Shown: positions 9,840 to 18,044 of the stretch, one piece after another
How positions within the stretch are numbered: the stretch's first letter is position 1
How the letters are laid out: every line of letters begins with the position of its first letter
Source: an uncultured virus (IMG/VR IMGVR_UViG_3300027627_000004)
Lineage: Duplodnaviria; Heunggongvirae; Uroviricota; Caudoviricetes
Virus record (IMG/VR): IMGVR_UViG_3300027627_000004
Length of the DNA: 20,000 nucleotides
Strand: one strand, 5' to 3'
The notes under the pieces: generated by a model
The model's database searches: none
Told to the model about the DNA's origin: nothing
What the model saw: only the letters and a program-made list of their open reading frames with translations
Made by a program: the position numbers and the translations under genes

Positions 9840-10252
9840 AATATCAAACATCTTTAGCGACCGGCTTGGATCTGCCCGCAAATCAAGATTTGGATATCGC
9901 GCCTGGAGAACGAACTATTGTAGATACGGGCATATATCTACAAGATCTTTTTAATCAAGATGATCTCATTCAATTACAAAAAGATTTTGGCAGTAATATA
10001 ATTATAGATGCCCAGATAAGACCAAGATCAGGTCTTGCTGCAAAACATTATATTACGGTTCTTAATACGCCAGGAACTATTGATTTAGACTACCATGATA
10101 CTATCAAAGTAATATTGATTAATCATGGCTGGAAATTATTTGAGATAAAAAAAGGAGATCGAATAGCACAACTTGTTTTCGGTCTTGCTTTTCGACCAAC
10201 CAAGTTTTTGACTGAAGGCAAAAGAACAGGCGGTTTTGGTTCTACAGGGTGA
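9830..10252 (+). CDS. dut: Trimeric dUTPase
   Basis: Motifs TGLDL, RPRSG, GTIDLDY, RIAQL and RTGGFGSTG. TTG start and a short N-terminus. Confidence 0.93.
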   Translation: MELKYQTSLATGLDLPANQDLDIAPGERTIVDTGIYLQDLFNQDDLIQLQKDFGSNIIIDAQIRPRSGLAAKHYITVLNTPGTIDLDYHDTIKVILINHGWKLFEIKKGDRIAQLVFGLAFRPTKFLTEGKRTGGFGSTG

Positions 10253-10468
10253 CACCCCCCTCGCCCTAAAGGGCAAGGCTTCCCTACGGCTCTAACGAGT
10301 TAGAGCTTTCAGCGTTTCGTGCCCGAAACGGAGAATGTTCTTGGCTCCCGTTACATCACGATCATGTATCGTGTTGCAAGTAGGACAAGTCCACTCTCTT
10401 ACTCCAAGACCACTTAGTCCACTAGGTCCTGTCTTTGAGAGATGGCAGGAAGAAAAGAGTTGAGTGAC
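10249..10468 (-). mobile_element. tnpB: IS200/IS605-family remnant: tnpB 3' fragment plus right end
   Basis: 10468-10292 translates to VTQLFSSCHLSKTGPSGLSGLGVREWTCPTCNTIHDRDVTGAKNILRFGHETLKALTR*, a TnpB zinc-ribbon/HDRD tail. It is followed by GGAAGCCTTGCCCTTTAGGGCGAGGGGGGTGTCAC, a typical right-end hairpin with TCAN terminus. No start codon and no tnpA. Confidence 0.88.
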
Positions 10469-10556
10469 TTAAATTATTTTCCAAATTACCAATTCTTAAT
10501 GAAATACTTTCCAAATTACCAGTGTTTTAATGAAAAACTTTCCAAGTTATTACTAG
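10469..10556 (-). repeat. Three degenerate ~30-nt tandem repeats matching the 3' end of the 89-aa gene
   Basis: + strand TTCCAAATTACCA at ~10479 and ~10509, and TTCCAAGTTATTA at ~10540. Confidence 0.8.
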
Positions 10557-10796
10557 TAATTCTACTAGAATTATAGAAAAAAATATATTTTTTATTAGAT
10601 CATTTCTTCTTTTGCTATTTTCTTTATCGGTTTTATATTTTTTTGATGTAATTTCTAATTCGTTTAAAGCTTTATTGCATTCTAAAGCCAGGTCAACTTT
10701 ATTGTACCTGTGCAGGTGATATCCACCTTTCTTGAATCGCGCATCCCTTTTTTTAAATTTTTTCTTAGGTCTTCTAAATTCTAAGATTACACCCAT
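10527..10796 (-). CDS. Hypothetical basic protein with C-terminal membrane anchor (89 aa)
   Basis: ORF coupled to the upstream gene. Hydrophobic IFFSIILVELLVITW near the C-terminus. Confidence 0.65.
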   Translation of the reverse strand: MGVILEFRRPKKKFKKRDARFKKGGYHLHRYNKVDLALECNKALNELEITSKKYKTDKENSKRRNDLIKNIFFSIILVELLVITWKVFH

Positions 10797-10798
10797 AA

Positions 10799-11092
10799 TT
10801 ATTCCACGTCCGAAAGTTTGTAAATATCCTCTTGCCCATAAACTTTAATCGGACCTTTAGTTCTCAGTTGAGCTAAAAGTTCATCTATTTTTTCATCTTG
10901 TTCTTTTGTCTTGATATTATAGAATTCCGCGATGGTTAAATTAGGCTTGTTGTGGAATTCTTTATAGAGCCTAAAAATACCCCAGTTACCCGCATTCCAG
11001 TCCTGCGTTAGGTCGCATTCAATCAAAAATTTGCCAAAACTAAAAGCCAAGAATAAAGCACCCACAAACGCAAACATCATAAAAATTTGCAT
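10799..11092 (-). CDS. Hypothetical membrane protein (97 aa)
   Basis: Start moved to MQIFMMFAFVG (11092) because the longer track ORF runs through tRNA genes. N-terminal transmembrane segment. Confidence 0.65.
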   Translation of the reverse strand: MQIFMMFAFVGALFLAFSFGKFLIECDLTQDWNAGNWGIFRLYKEFHNKPNLTIAEFYNIKTKEQDEKIDELLAQLRTKGPIKVYGQEDIYKLSDVE

Positions 11093-11130
11093 TTTAATTC
11101 TCTGTAAAGTATTGAAATTATTGAAGGTAG

Positions 11131-11206
11131 TGGTAGGCTTAGAGGGGCTTGAACCCCCAACCGTTCGGTTATGAGCCGACTGCTCTGACCATTGAGCTAT
11201 AAGCCT
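11131..11206 (-). tRNA. tRNA with CAT anticodon, most likely tRNA-Ile2 (lysidine type), CCA encoded
   Basis: AGGCTTA TA GCTC AATGGTCA GAGC A GTCGG CTCATAA CCGAA CGGTT GGGGG TTCAAGC CCCTC TAAGCCT A CCA folds as a 76-nt cloverleaf. The CGGCTCATAACCG arm resembles bacterial Ile2 and lacks initiator features. Confidence 0.93.
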
Positions 11207-11222
11207 GACATGTTCTGACAAG

Positions 11223-11251
11223 CTTTTATCGCCCTTGGTTTGCTGTGTCAA
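11223..11251 (-). promoter_or_regulatory. Sigma70-like promoter upstream of the tRNA(CAT)
   Basis: TTGACA-17 nt-TAAAAG on the minus strand, ending 16 nt before the tRNA 5' end. Confidence 0.45.
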
Positions 11252-11265
11252 GAGAGGACTTTCCG

Positions 11266-11329
11266 TGGAACTGGAAGCGGGACTTGTACCCTTACAAGTC
11301 AACTGCGCTACCAATTGTGCCATTCCAGC
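11266..11329 (-). pseudogene. tRNA-Thr(TGT)-derived gene with a ~12-nt internal deletion
   Basis: GCTGGAA TG GCAC AATTGGTA GCGC A GTTGA CTTGTAA [gap] GGG TACAAGT CCCGC TTCCAGT T CCA. The acceptor stem, D arm and CCA are present. The 3' anticodon strand and variable loop are missing (64 nt total). Confidence 0.85.
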
Positions 11330-11385
11330 CTAAAATAATTGTACATTATAGATTTAATATTCACTATTAATTTGTTGGAGACAAT

Positions 11386-11904
11386 ATGAAATTTTTACAT
11401 AAAGTTACAGCTTTACAAGATATGGCAGGCGATCCCATTACGAATAGTATGGTTTTTTCCCAGTTAGGATCTATTTGCCACCATGCCGAGGAAATCCGCG
11501 AGCATTTAACACTAAATCAAAATGCGCCAGACTGGGTTAAAGCTAAGATATCCACAGCGGCAGATAAATTATCGGACATTGCTCATTACATAATGGGTTT
11601 ACGTGAGAACGAAGATATCCGGCAAGAAAATATTTCTGAAGATGAAGCAGACGGGATAACGTATTCCGGCAGCTTACATAAAGATATTAAAGGAGCGGAG
11701 CCAGGATTAAAGGATATTGCTCGCATTAAAGATATAGTACTTAAAGCTAACGGCGACAAAACTAAAATGCTATCGTTAGTTAATCAAATGTCTCAGGCAA
11801 TCCAAGATGAAGACAAAGCGCAACGTAGAGCTTCTGCGGCATTAAAAGTACTACCTAAAGATGTAGGTCAACAAGCCGCTCAAATTTTCTTAGCTAAATG
11901 GTAA
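11386..11904 (+). CDS. Helical two-domain protein with MKFLHKVTA leader; putative internal head protein
   Basis: GGAG RBS and the shared leader. The M..SQL..I...A.E......PDWVKAKI..A...L segment is recalled from large-phage hypothetical proteins. Confidence 0.7.
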   Translation: MKFLHKVTALQDMAGDPITNSMVFSQLGSICHHAEEIREHLTLNQNAPDWVKAKISTAADKLSDIAHYIMGLRENEDIRQENISEDEADGITYSGSLHKDIKGAEPGLKDIARIKDIVLKANGDKTKMLSLVNQMSQAIQDEDKAQRRASAALKVLPKDVGQQAAQIFLAKW

Positions 11905-12652
11905 CTTTTACTATCCCATCATCTGTGACGACAACAATATGCCCATGAACGTAGGGTATATTTGTTGTTGCCAGATAATCAACTAATAAGAAGCTGTGTA
12001 GCCTTTCAAGTAAGAATCCCCCAACCCTACGCTGGTAGCCTTGTCTTTCTTCGTAATAACTATTATAGAATATATGCCACACCTTTTTTAGTGTATCCAT
12101 AGCCTCAATAAAAAACTTTCTTGGATAGCTACCTAACGAAGATGCAGCTAAAAGATATTTCAAATTTATAAATCGTTTAACATCTTTATTACTAAACCCA
12201 AATTCTTTCATCGCAAGTGTTAAGCATATAAAGTCTTCTATAATATGTACTTGTGCATAATTGGCTGCTGTGTTTTTATAAGGTATTACATTTGTAGTTA
12301 ATATTTTATCTTCATAAAAATTTATGATGCTGTCTACTTCGTCGGGTTTACAAGTTTTGTAATGATTTACATTACTGCTTCTTAGATTTGGTGCATCACT
12401 GACGAATTTGCGGTACTGAAAAAGATGAACAAACTCATCATTTTCTGTTTTTAAATATTCAGCCAACGCAAAAAGTTGGGTATATTCGGATAGAAACTCA
12501 CCCGAATATTCAGCACCAAAATGGTCATCTTTGACACAAAGAAAAGACTTATCATCAGGGCTAATTAATCTAAAATTTTTAGTTAGATTAAATATAGGAT
12601 ATCTGTGACTTACACAGTATTTATTGCCTAGAGGTTTTATGTCTTTGTCCAC
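11894..12652 (-). CDS. DUF4422-like glycosyltransferase/polysaccharide biosynthesis protein
   Basis: SEYT.L, FQYRKF, YAQVH and QRRVGGFLLERL motifs. Lies next to sugar-nucleotide genes. Confidence 0.7.
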   Translation of the reverse strand: MDKDIKPLGNKYCVSHRYPIFNLTKNFRLISPDDKSFLCVKDDHFGAEYSGEFLSEYTQLFALAEYLKTENDEFVHLFQYRKFVSDAPNLRSSNVNHYKTCKPDEVDSIINFYEDKILTTNVIPYKNTAANYAQVHIIEDFICLTLAMKEFGFSNKDVKRFINLKYLLAASSLGSYPRKFFIEAMDTLKKVWHIFYNSYYEERQGYQRRVGGFLLERLHSFLLVDYLATTNIPYVHGHIVVVTDDGIVKVTI

Positions 12653-14400
12653 ATTCCATTTGGAATGCTTACAGTTAATGGATCTAGAGATCTAATAGAA
12701 GACAATGGTACATCATAAATTTTATGTGACCAATAAGCGAAGCCGGATATCCAGTAGTAAACAGAATAGGTAATAATTGATTGCGCTTTATTTAAAATTT
12801 TGAACTCGAATAAAGTATCCTCTAGAGATTTTTGAGCATCACCAAAATGAGCAGCTTCAAAATCAAACACATGCGCTAAATTTTCAAACCTAACAAATTC
12901 TCTTAACTTATTATTATTGCTTAAAAATAGGGTATCTTTATCAAGTAATTTGTACAGTGCGTTCTTTATTTCGTCATTAAATGATAATTCTTTCGTTCTA
13001 AAACTTTCGTCATCTAAACGAAAATGAACGACTTTATAATCCTTATTAAGAAAGTCTTCATGTCGGTGCTTATAATCTGACTTGTATTGCAATACACTCT
13101 TAATTAGATTTTTGTCTTCTTGGGTGATTGATTCATCGCAAAAGTCATTAGTAGATAAAACAAGAACATTGTCGCTTTGTTGGGAAAGATATTCATCGAG
13201 TTTATTGATGTTTATAAAAGGAACTGTATCAGTGATAAGATGTTTATATTCGTGATCTGTAGATTGGGTAAAAGAAGAAATACCATGCAAGCTGGTATCT
13301 ACTATTAAACGACAATTGAGCCTTCTGCATACTTGATTTAAACGCACAGTACCACGTATAAAATCACCAAGTCCCATACCTATTTTTTTACCCCATAAAT
13401 TTTCATGATGGGGATCGGAATGTGTGTCTTGTAAAACTTGTATGATAACTTTAGGCATCTTATCTCCCTGCTGATTGTACCATTCAAAAGTTTTGGATAG
13501 ACCTTCGTCTAACGATATTTTAGATGTCCATCCTAACTTATTTAGCTTTGAAGTGTCTAGTAATCTGCGACCAACACCATTGGGTTTACTAATGTCCCAA
13601 ATAATGTCACCTTGATAGCCAACAATATTAGCAATCTTGCTCGCTAAATGTTTTATACTTATCTCTTTATTTGTCCCTACGTTAATTAGATCTGGTTCAT
13701 CGTAATTCTTCATCAAAAAGAATAAAGCATCAGCTAAATCATCAGCAAAAATAAACTCTCTAAAAGGACTACCATCCCCAAAACAAGTTACATTTAGTAA
13801 ATTATTTTTTTTAGCCTCAGAGAACCTCGCTATAAAACTAGCAACGACATGACCGGTTTGTGTATCAAAATTATCATTAATACCATAAATATTATTAGGC
13901 ATTACCGATATGCAATTAAAACCATACTGTTCATAATATTTTTTACACATTATGTAACCTATGATTTTAGACATGGCATAACTTATATTAGTAGGATCTA
14001 AGTCACCAGCCATAAAAGAAGATTCACTTATAGGACTTTCAGCATTTTTAGGGTACACACACGCAGATCCTACAAATAATAATTTTTTGCAACCAAAACG
14101 GTACGCAGCATCTATAACATTTGTTTGTATTAAAATATTTTCTCTTAAAAAATCGGCAGGATAATTTTTATTATAAAATAGCCCACCAACTTTGGCGGCA
14201 GCTAAAAATACATATTCAGGTCTATTTTTCTCAAAAAAATCATACACCTGAGACGACTGAGTTAAGTCAACTTTATCACGAGTAGCCGTCAAAATATTTA
14301 CATATCCCTCGCTTATTAATTTGCCCACTAAGGCAGAACCCAATAATCCCTTGTGTCCTGCTATAAATACTTTGTCTTGATAATTCAAATGATTAACCAT
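12637..14400 (-). CDS. fcl: GDP-L-fucose synthase fused in frame to a NodZ/O-fucosyltransferase-like domain
   Basis: N-terminal ~314 aa: AGHKGLLGSA, FLAAAKVGG, GSACVYPK, YAMSK, GDGSPFREF. C-terminal 273 aa: GLGDFIRG, VHFRLDD, FLSNN, SGFAYW (GT-B fucosyltransferase-like). Confidence 0.88.
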   Translation of the reverse strand: MVNHLNYQDKVFIAGHKGLLGSALVGKLISEGYVNILTATRDKVDLTQSSQVYDFFEKNRPEYVFLAAAKVGGLFYNKNYPADFLRENILIQTNVIDAAYRFGCKKLLFVGSACVYPKNAESPISESSFMAGDLDPTNISYAMSKIIGYIMCKKYYEQYGFNCISVMPNNIYGINDNFDTQTGHVVASFIARFSEAKKNNLLNVTCFGDGSPFREFIFADDLADALFFLMKNYDEPDLINVGTNKEISIKHLASKIANIVGYQGDIIWDISKPNGVGRRLLDTSKLNKLGWTSKISLDEGLSKTFEWYNQQGDKMPKVIIQVLQDTHSDPHHENLWGKKIGMGLGDFIRGTVRLNQVCRRLNCRLIVDTSLHGISSFTQSTDHEYKHLITDTVPFININKLDEYLSQQSDNVLVLSTNDFCDESITQEDKNLIKSVLQYKSDYKHRHEDFLNKDYKVVHFRLDDESFRTKELSFNDEIKNALYKLLDKDTLFLSNNNKLREFVRFENLAHVFDFEAAHFGDAQKSLEDTLFEFKILNKAQSIITYSVYYWISGFAYWSHKIYDVPLSSIRSLDPLTVSIPNGMWTKT

Positions 14401-14419
14401 TCTTTATATTAATATTGTC

Positions 14420-14566
14420 TTACAATAAGTTTTTTACTATTGATATAAAATTTTTTATAGTATTTAAACTTTCTGATTCTAAATCAGATAAATTATTTTT
14501 TAGTTTATCTAAAGTGGAGATAGCCCAAGGAATGTCGTCTAAGCCATAAGCGATCCCGTATTTCAT
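14420..14566 (-). CDS. Small hypothetical protein (48 aa); not in the ORF track
   Basis: ATG overlaps the upstream TGA (TGATG). MKYGIAYGLDDIPWAISTLDKLKNNLSDLESESLNTIKNFISIVKNLL* fills the gap before fcl. Confidence 0.55.
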   Translation of the reverse strand: MKYGIAYGLDDIPWAISTLDKLKNNLSDLESESLNTIKNFISIVKNLL

Positions 14567-14895
14567 CACAGGCAGGGTTTCTCGCCACTGTTCTTTTGTG
14601 GTGACACCATCTGGGATAACGACGGATAGACACCCCGATAAAGCAGCCCAAACGCTTTCTGATTAAAAATGTTTTGCATCTCCTCTAAGGACATACCGTC
14701 AATTTTTATGGCATCGCTTGCGTGTTGGTTCAGAGGTTTCAAACGCCCTTTGCGTACAAGATAGCATTGACCCTCTCTTGGTAAAAAGAGGTTTTTAAAC
14801 TGTGAATTGTAGGAAAAGTCTAAAGCTCTTAGCTCACTTAATATTTTTAAGGAATTATTCTTAAGATGAAAGTAAGGAAAATAGTTAAATACCAT
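14566..14895 (-). CDS. Hypothetical protein (109 aa)
   Basis: The likely start is ATG 14895, just after the endonuclease stop. No recognisable motif. Confidence 0.55.
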   Translation of the reverse strand: MVFNYFPYFHLKNNSLKILSELRALDFSYNSQFKNLFLPREGQCYLVRKGRLKPLNQHASDAIKIDGMSLEEMQNIFNQKAFGLLYRGVYPSLSQMVSPQKNSGEKPCL

Positions 14896-14899
14896 ATCG

Positions 14900-16744
14900 T
14901 TAGAACCATTGATCAAACCTCCAGCGTTTTTTACCACAATCATACACTCTTAAATAACCTTGTTCTAAGCGTAACTCATGCTCCGATTTTTTTGATTCTC
15001 TTTCTTCTTTATTTTTTTTCAAACTTTGTTTGCTGAACACACCTTTATTACTTATATAAAAGTAATCAGGTTTTAGACTTCTATCTAATTTAAAATTAAG
15101 TCTGGGATAAATATCACCCTCAGACCATCTATTGTCTGAATATGAAATCACAGTTTCTTTTATATCTGCATTTTTAAACAACTTATTTGCTCCACCAATT
15201 ATGGAGTAATCCTCTCTGACACAATATCTGTTTAATACAAGCTCTTTGCTAGTTTGACGGTGATGCCTTGAAAAAGTCATAACAGCAACAATTAAATCAT
15301 TAAAAGTTAACTTAAGAGCTTTTTGACACTTTGCAAAACCTTGCAAATGAAACTCATTTAAAAAATTACGCACTTCATCTATCTCAGCCTCTGAGACTTG
15401 CGTATCTCTAGCGCCTATTATATTTTTATTACACCCTAAAATTGCTCTAAGACGACTTTTAACAGCATTGGGTCGATTATGCCATTCATGTTCAAAAATA
15501 CTAATTAAGCGATAATTAGCATCTGTACATCTTTTTAATTTGTTAGCATGATAGTCGTTTGGTTTTTGAGCCTCGCTGTGCCAATATAAACCATTATATT
15601 CTATAGCTAGTCTTTTATGCGGAATTACAATATCAAGCTCATAAGGAGATATAATATCTCTTACGTTTTGTTTTACTTCTCCCACAAGAGAGGTCACATA
15701 AGACCTTATTTCTCTTTCCGCGATTGATGAATTGAAAGAATCGTTTTTTACTTTCGTTTCATAGCTTTTTTGCATGACTTCAGGATTTTGAAGACTACAT
15801 ACAACACCGTACTTTTCTAACGATGTTGCCTTTATTTGTTCACGTATTTCAGGTAAAGATAAATGATGCACACCAAATCTATTCAAAATACTTTTTCGTA
15901 TTTTTCCCTGTATTACCGGAGATTTAGAAATACATTCGACACCATAATTTTTAACAAAAGTCTGCTTTACTTTATCCTGTACATCTTTAGATCCAAACGG
16001 AGATTCAACCCCTAAGTTTGAAAGATTTGTCGCTTTTACTTTATTCTTTATTTCTTCAACATTTAATCCACCCCAGACTAAATTTCCATCTTGATACTTG
16101 TCTCTGATGGTTTTCAAATATTTATCACGGCACTCCTCTGCTTGTAGTGCATGTTCAGTGCCATATTTTTCCTGCATAGTTTTCTTAGCCCTACTAGCTA
16201 TGGTTTCATCTTGGAATCCGTTCTCTACCCCGTAGCGTTCCACCATCGTTTTCTTATAAGTCTTTTTGAACTTTTCAACATCCCTACTATCTTGAACTTT
16301 TTTACTGATCTCAGTGTTTTGCATTACAAACTCACACCCATAACGCTCCTGATTAGTTTTTTTCATCAAATCAAGTTTAATCGACATAGGTTTTTTTAAA
16401 TCAAATTCCACAATAATATCCAATATCTTTTTTTTATTACAATTAAATTTTAAAGCTAGTTCTTTTACCGATAAATTTTGTTCAATATATAAATTATAAA
16501 ATTCGTCTTTTGTAATTTCTAATTTAGAAAAATCCCTCTGTCTTCGCTTAGGATGCATACCCCCGCGCATAACTCCATCTGCCATAGCTTCCCACTCACC
16601 AAAGTCAACATCAATAAAAACAGCAACTGATTTTAATTTTATATAGGTTTCTTTTTTTAAAAATATATAAGGTCTTGCTATAGGATACTTCTCCCAACCC
16701 TCATGAATCCGGCGCTGTATTTCTTCTATCGTAATCGCAGCCAT
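14900..16744 (-). CDS. Hef-like/PD-(D/E)xK free-standing homing endonuclease with helical repeats and a C-terminal GNAT-like domain
   Basis: About eight 'K.T...[KR]YG.E' repeats, nuclease motif ELDIVIP..RLAIEYNGLYWHS, then IFEHEW, FLNEFHLQG, SYSDNRWSEG and RVYDCGKKRW. Start placed at ATG 16744. Confidence 0.75.
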   Translation of the reverse strand: MAAITIEEIQRRIHEGWEKYPIARPYIFLKKETYIKLKSVAVFIDVDFGEWEAMADGVMRGGMHPKRRQRDFSKLEITKDEFYNLYIEQNLSVKELALKFNCNKKKILDIIVEFDLKKPMSIKLDLMKKTNQERYGCEFVMQNTEISKKVQDSRDVEKFKKTYKKTMVERYGVENGFQDETIASRAKKTMQEKYGTEHALQAEECRDKYLKTIRDKYQDGNLVWGGLNVEEIKNKVKATNLSNLGVESPFGSKDVQDKVKQTFVKNYGVECISKSPVIQGKIRKSILNRFGVHHLSLPEIREQIKATSLEKYGVVCSLQNPEVMQKSYETKVKNDSFNSSIAEREIRSYVTSLVGEVKQNVRDIISPYELDIVIPHKRLAIEYNGLYWHSEAQKPNDYHANKLKRCTDANYRLISIFEHEWHNRPNAVKSRLRAILGCNKNIIGARDTQVSEAEIDEVRNFLNEFHLQGFAKCQKALKLTFNDLIVAVMTFSRHHRQTSKELVLNRYCVREDYSIIGGANKLFKNADIKETVISYSDNRWSEGDIYPRLNFKLDRSLKPDYFYISNKGVFSKQSLKKNKEERESKKSEHELRLEQGYLRVYDCGKKRWRFDQWF

Positions 16745-16752
16745 AGTTACCT

Positions 16753-16761
16753 TAAGATTAA
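16753..16761 (+). promoter_or_regulatory. Candidate late-promoter motif TAAGATTAA
   Basis: 29 nt upstream of the protease-like gene. Confidence 0.45.
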
Positions 16762-16790
16762 ATAAGTAATACACATTATAAGGATATAAT

Positions 16791-17534
16791 ATGTCAATAT
16801 TTCAACTGCCGCGCCATCATGAAAATCGATTACCGGTATATGCCAGCAGCTATTTTTCTAACAACCAAAAAGACTACAAAGAGTCTATAAGAAAAATAGA
16901 TAGAAAAAATATTGATAAAAAAACCTGTACCGCAAACATAGGCAACAGCACTATCAACTATAGCTGGCTTAAAGGTGCGGCAGAAACCTACAAACTGTCT
17001 GACAAAATAGAAGATTTCTGCATCACTGAAGTCCCCATTGTAACAATAGGGATACCAAATCGCAACCTTCATTGTTTTCCTTTCGATGAAATTTCGTATT
17101 TTGATCCACGCTTCGGTAATTTTGTTTACAAGACGTTCGTGGGTAAGCCGACTTACGCAGATCATAACAATAAGAACCCCGCCGAGGCTAAAGGTGTACA
17201 TTTTGACTCGTCGATTAGAAAAGTACCAGGCTGGAATATCTGGAAAATTTATGTGCTGCTCGGTTACGACAGGACTAAAGATGCAGGACTTGTAAAAGCT
17301 ATTGAGCGCGGACAAAGACGCTCGTACTCTATGGGCGCTTGGGTGTCGTATTTTATTAATTCAATAACAGGTCAAATTTCTAACGCAAGTCAAGCTGTAA
17401 AATACCCAAAGGGAACTGTACATAATGGTGTGTTGAGTTATGATATCTGTTCGGGGTGCGAATATTTTGAAACTTCGAGCGTTGAAGGTCCCGCTGATGT
17501 TTCGGCAGAAAGCCATCAACTGTGGTATTTTTGA
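16791..17534 (+). CDS. Prohead protease-like protein (herpes/HK97-fold type of large phages)
   Basis: PNRN..CF, YKTFVGKP...DH, KG...D, SMG and E.SSV..PAD..A motifs, with candidate catalytic His (ADH) and Ser (YSMG). Recognised by pattern only. Confidence 0.7.
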   Translation: MSIFQLPRHHENRLPVYASSYFSNNQKDYKESIRKIDRKNIDKKTCTANIGNSTINYSWLKGAAETYKLSDKIEDFCITEVPIVTIGIPNRNLHCFPFDEISYFDPRFGNFVYKTFVGKPTYADHNNKNPAEAKGVHFDSSIRKVPGWNIWKIYVLLGYDRTKDAGLVKAIERGQRRSYSMGAWVSYFINSITGQISNASQAVKYPKGTVHNGVLSYDICSGCEYFETSSVEGPADVSAESHQLWYF

Positions 17535-17545
17535 GGTAATTCTCC

Positions 17546-17930
17546 TCACCCAAAAGGTGAGGTATATTTAATTTTACCGCAATCATATATTTGCCAGAGA
17601 TTGTCTTTTATCTTTTTGCGGTAAATCTGTCTACCATCAGTATATCGGCACTCAGGGTATTTTTGCTCTAGTCTTTCCCATCCAGCTTTTTCATATTCGG
17701 AGCCATTGGACCAACGTAAATCACACCAACAAAAAATTTCTTTTTCCATTTTCTGTGTCAAATTAGATATTGCAGCAATTAAATCCTTTATCTAAAAAAG
17801 GACGCAAATCTTTAACTTTTCTATTAAAAATAGAGTTACAATTTCGACAATTAACAACCACAAAATCAAGAGATTTACATGGTGATTCATATCCGTACAA
17901 CCGAAAGGTTTCAGACTTATTATATCCATG
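17546..17930 (-). pseudogene. Decayed, frameshifted relative of the 14900..16744 endonuclease C-terminal domain
   Basis: WCDLRWSNG..Y...G and IYDCGKIKY match SYSDNRWSEG..Y and VYDCGKKRW. Upstream LRPFLDK and, in another frame, KDLIAAIS match VRNFLNE and NDLIVAVM. Confidence 0.6.
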
Positions 17931-18044
17931 CATATTTAAAATTTTTACTGTGAGCAAAATTAATATCCTAAATTTTATATCTACATACCATAGTAGATTC
18001 GTATATGCCAATATAGAGATGGAACGAACCTGTGGTATTTCCGC

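Noticed and set aside
10469..10556. Possible mini-CRISPR array
   Set aside because: The repeats are contiguous and degenerate, with no spacers and no cas genes.
11254..11265. GGAAAGTCC resembling the RNase P RNA conserved motif
   Set aside because: The spacer is only 59 nt and no other RNase P elements are present.
11093..11323. N-terminal extension of the 174-aa track ORF
   Set aside because: It reads through both tRNA sequences. The real start is more likely 11092.
14400..16790. Group I intron or intein hosting the endonuclease
   Set aside because: The flanking genes look uninterrupted. No splice-junction motifs or intron core were recognised.
16830..17586. Alternative ORFs overlapping the protease gene (also 9124..9423, 9684..9881, 16151..16399, 17770..18048, 19234..19476)
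   Set aside because: They overlap better-supported genes. The GT repeat in 19234..19476 is just the antisense of the PV linker.
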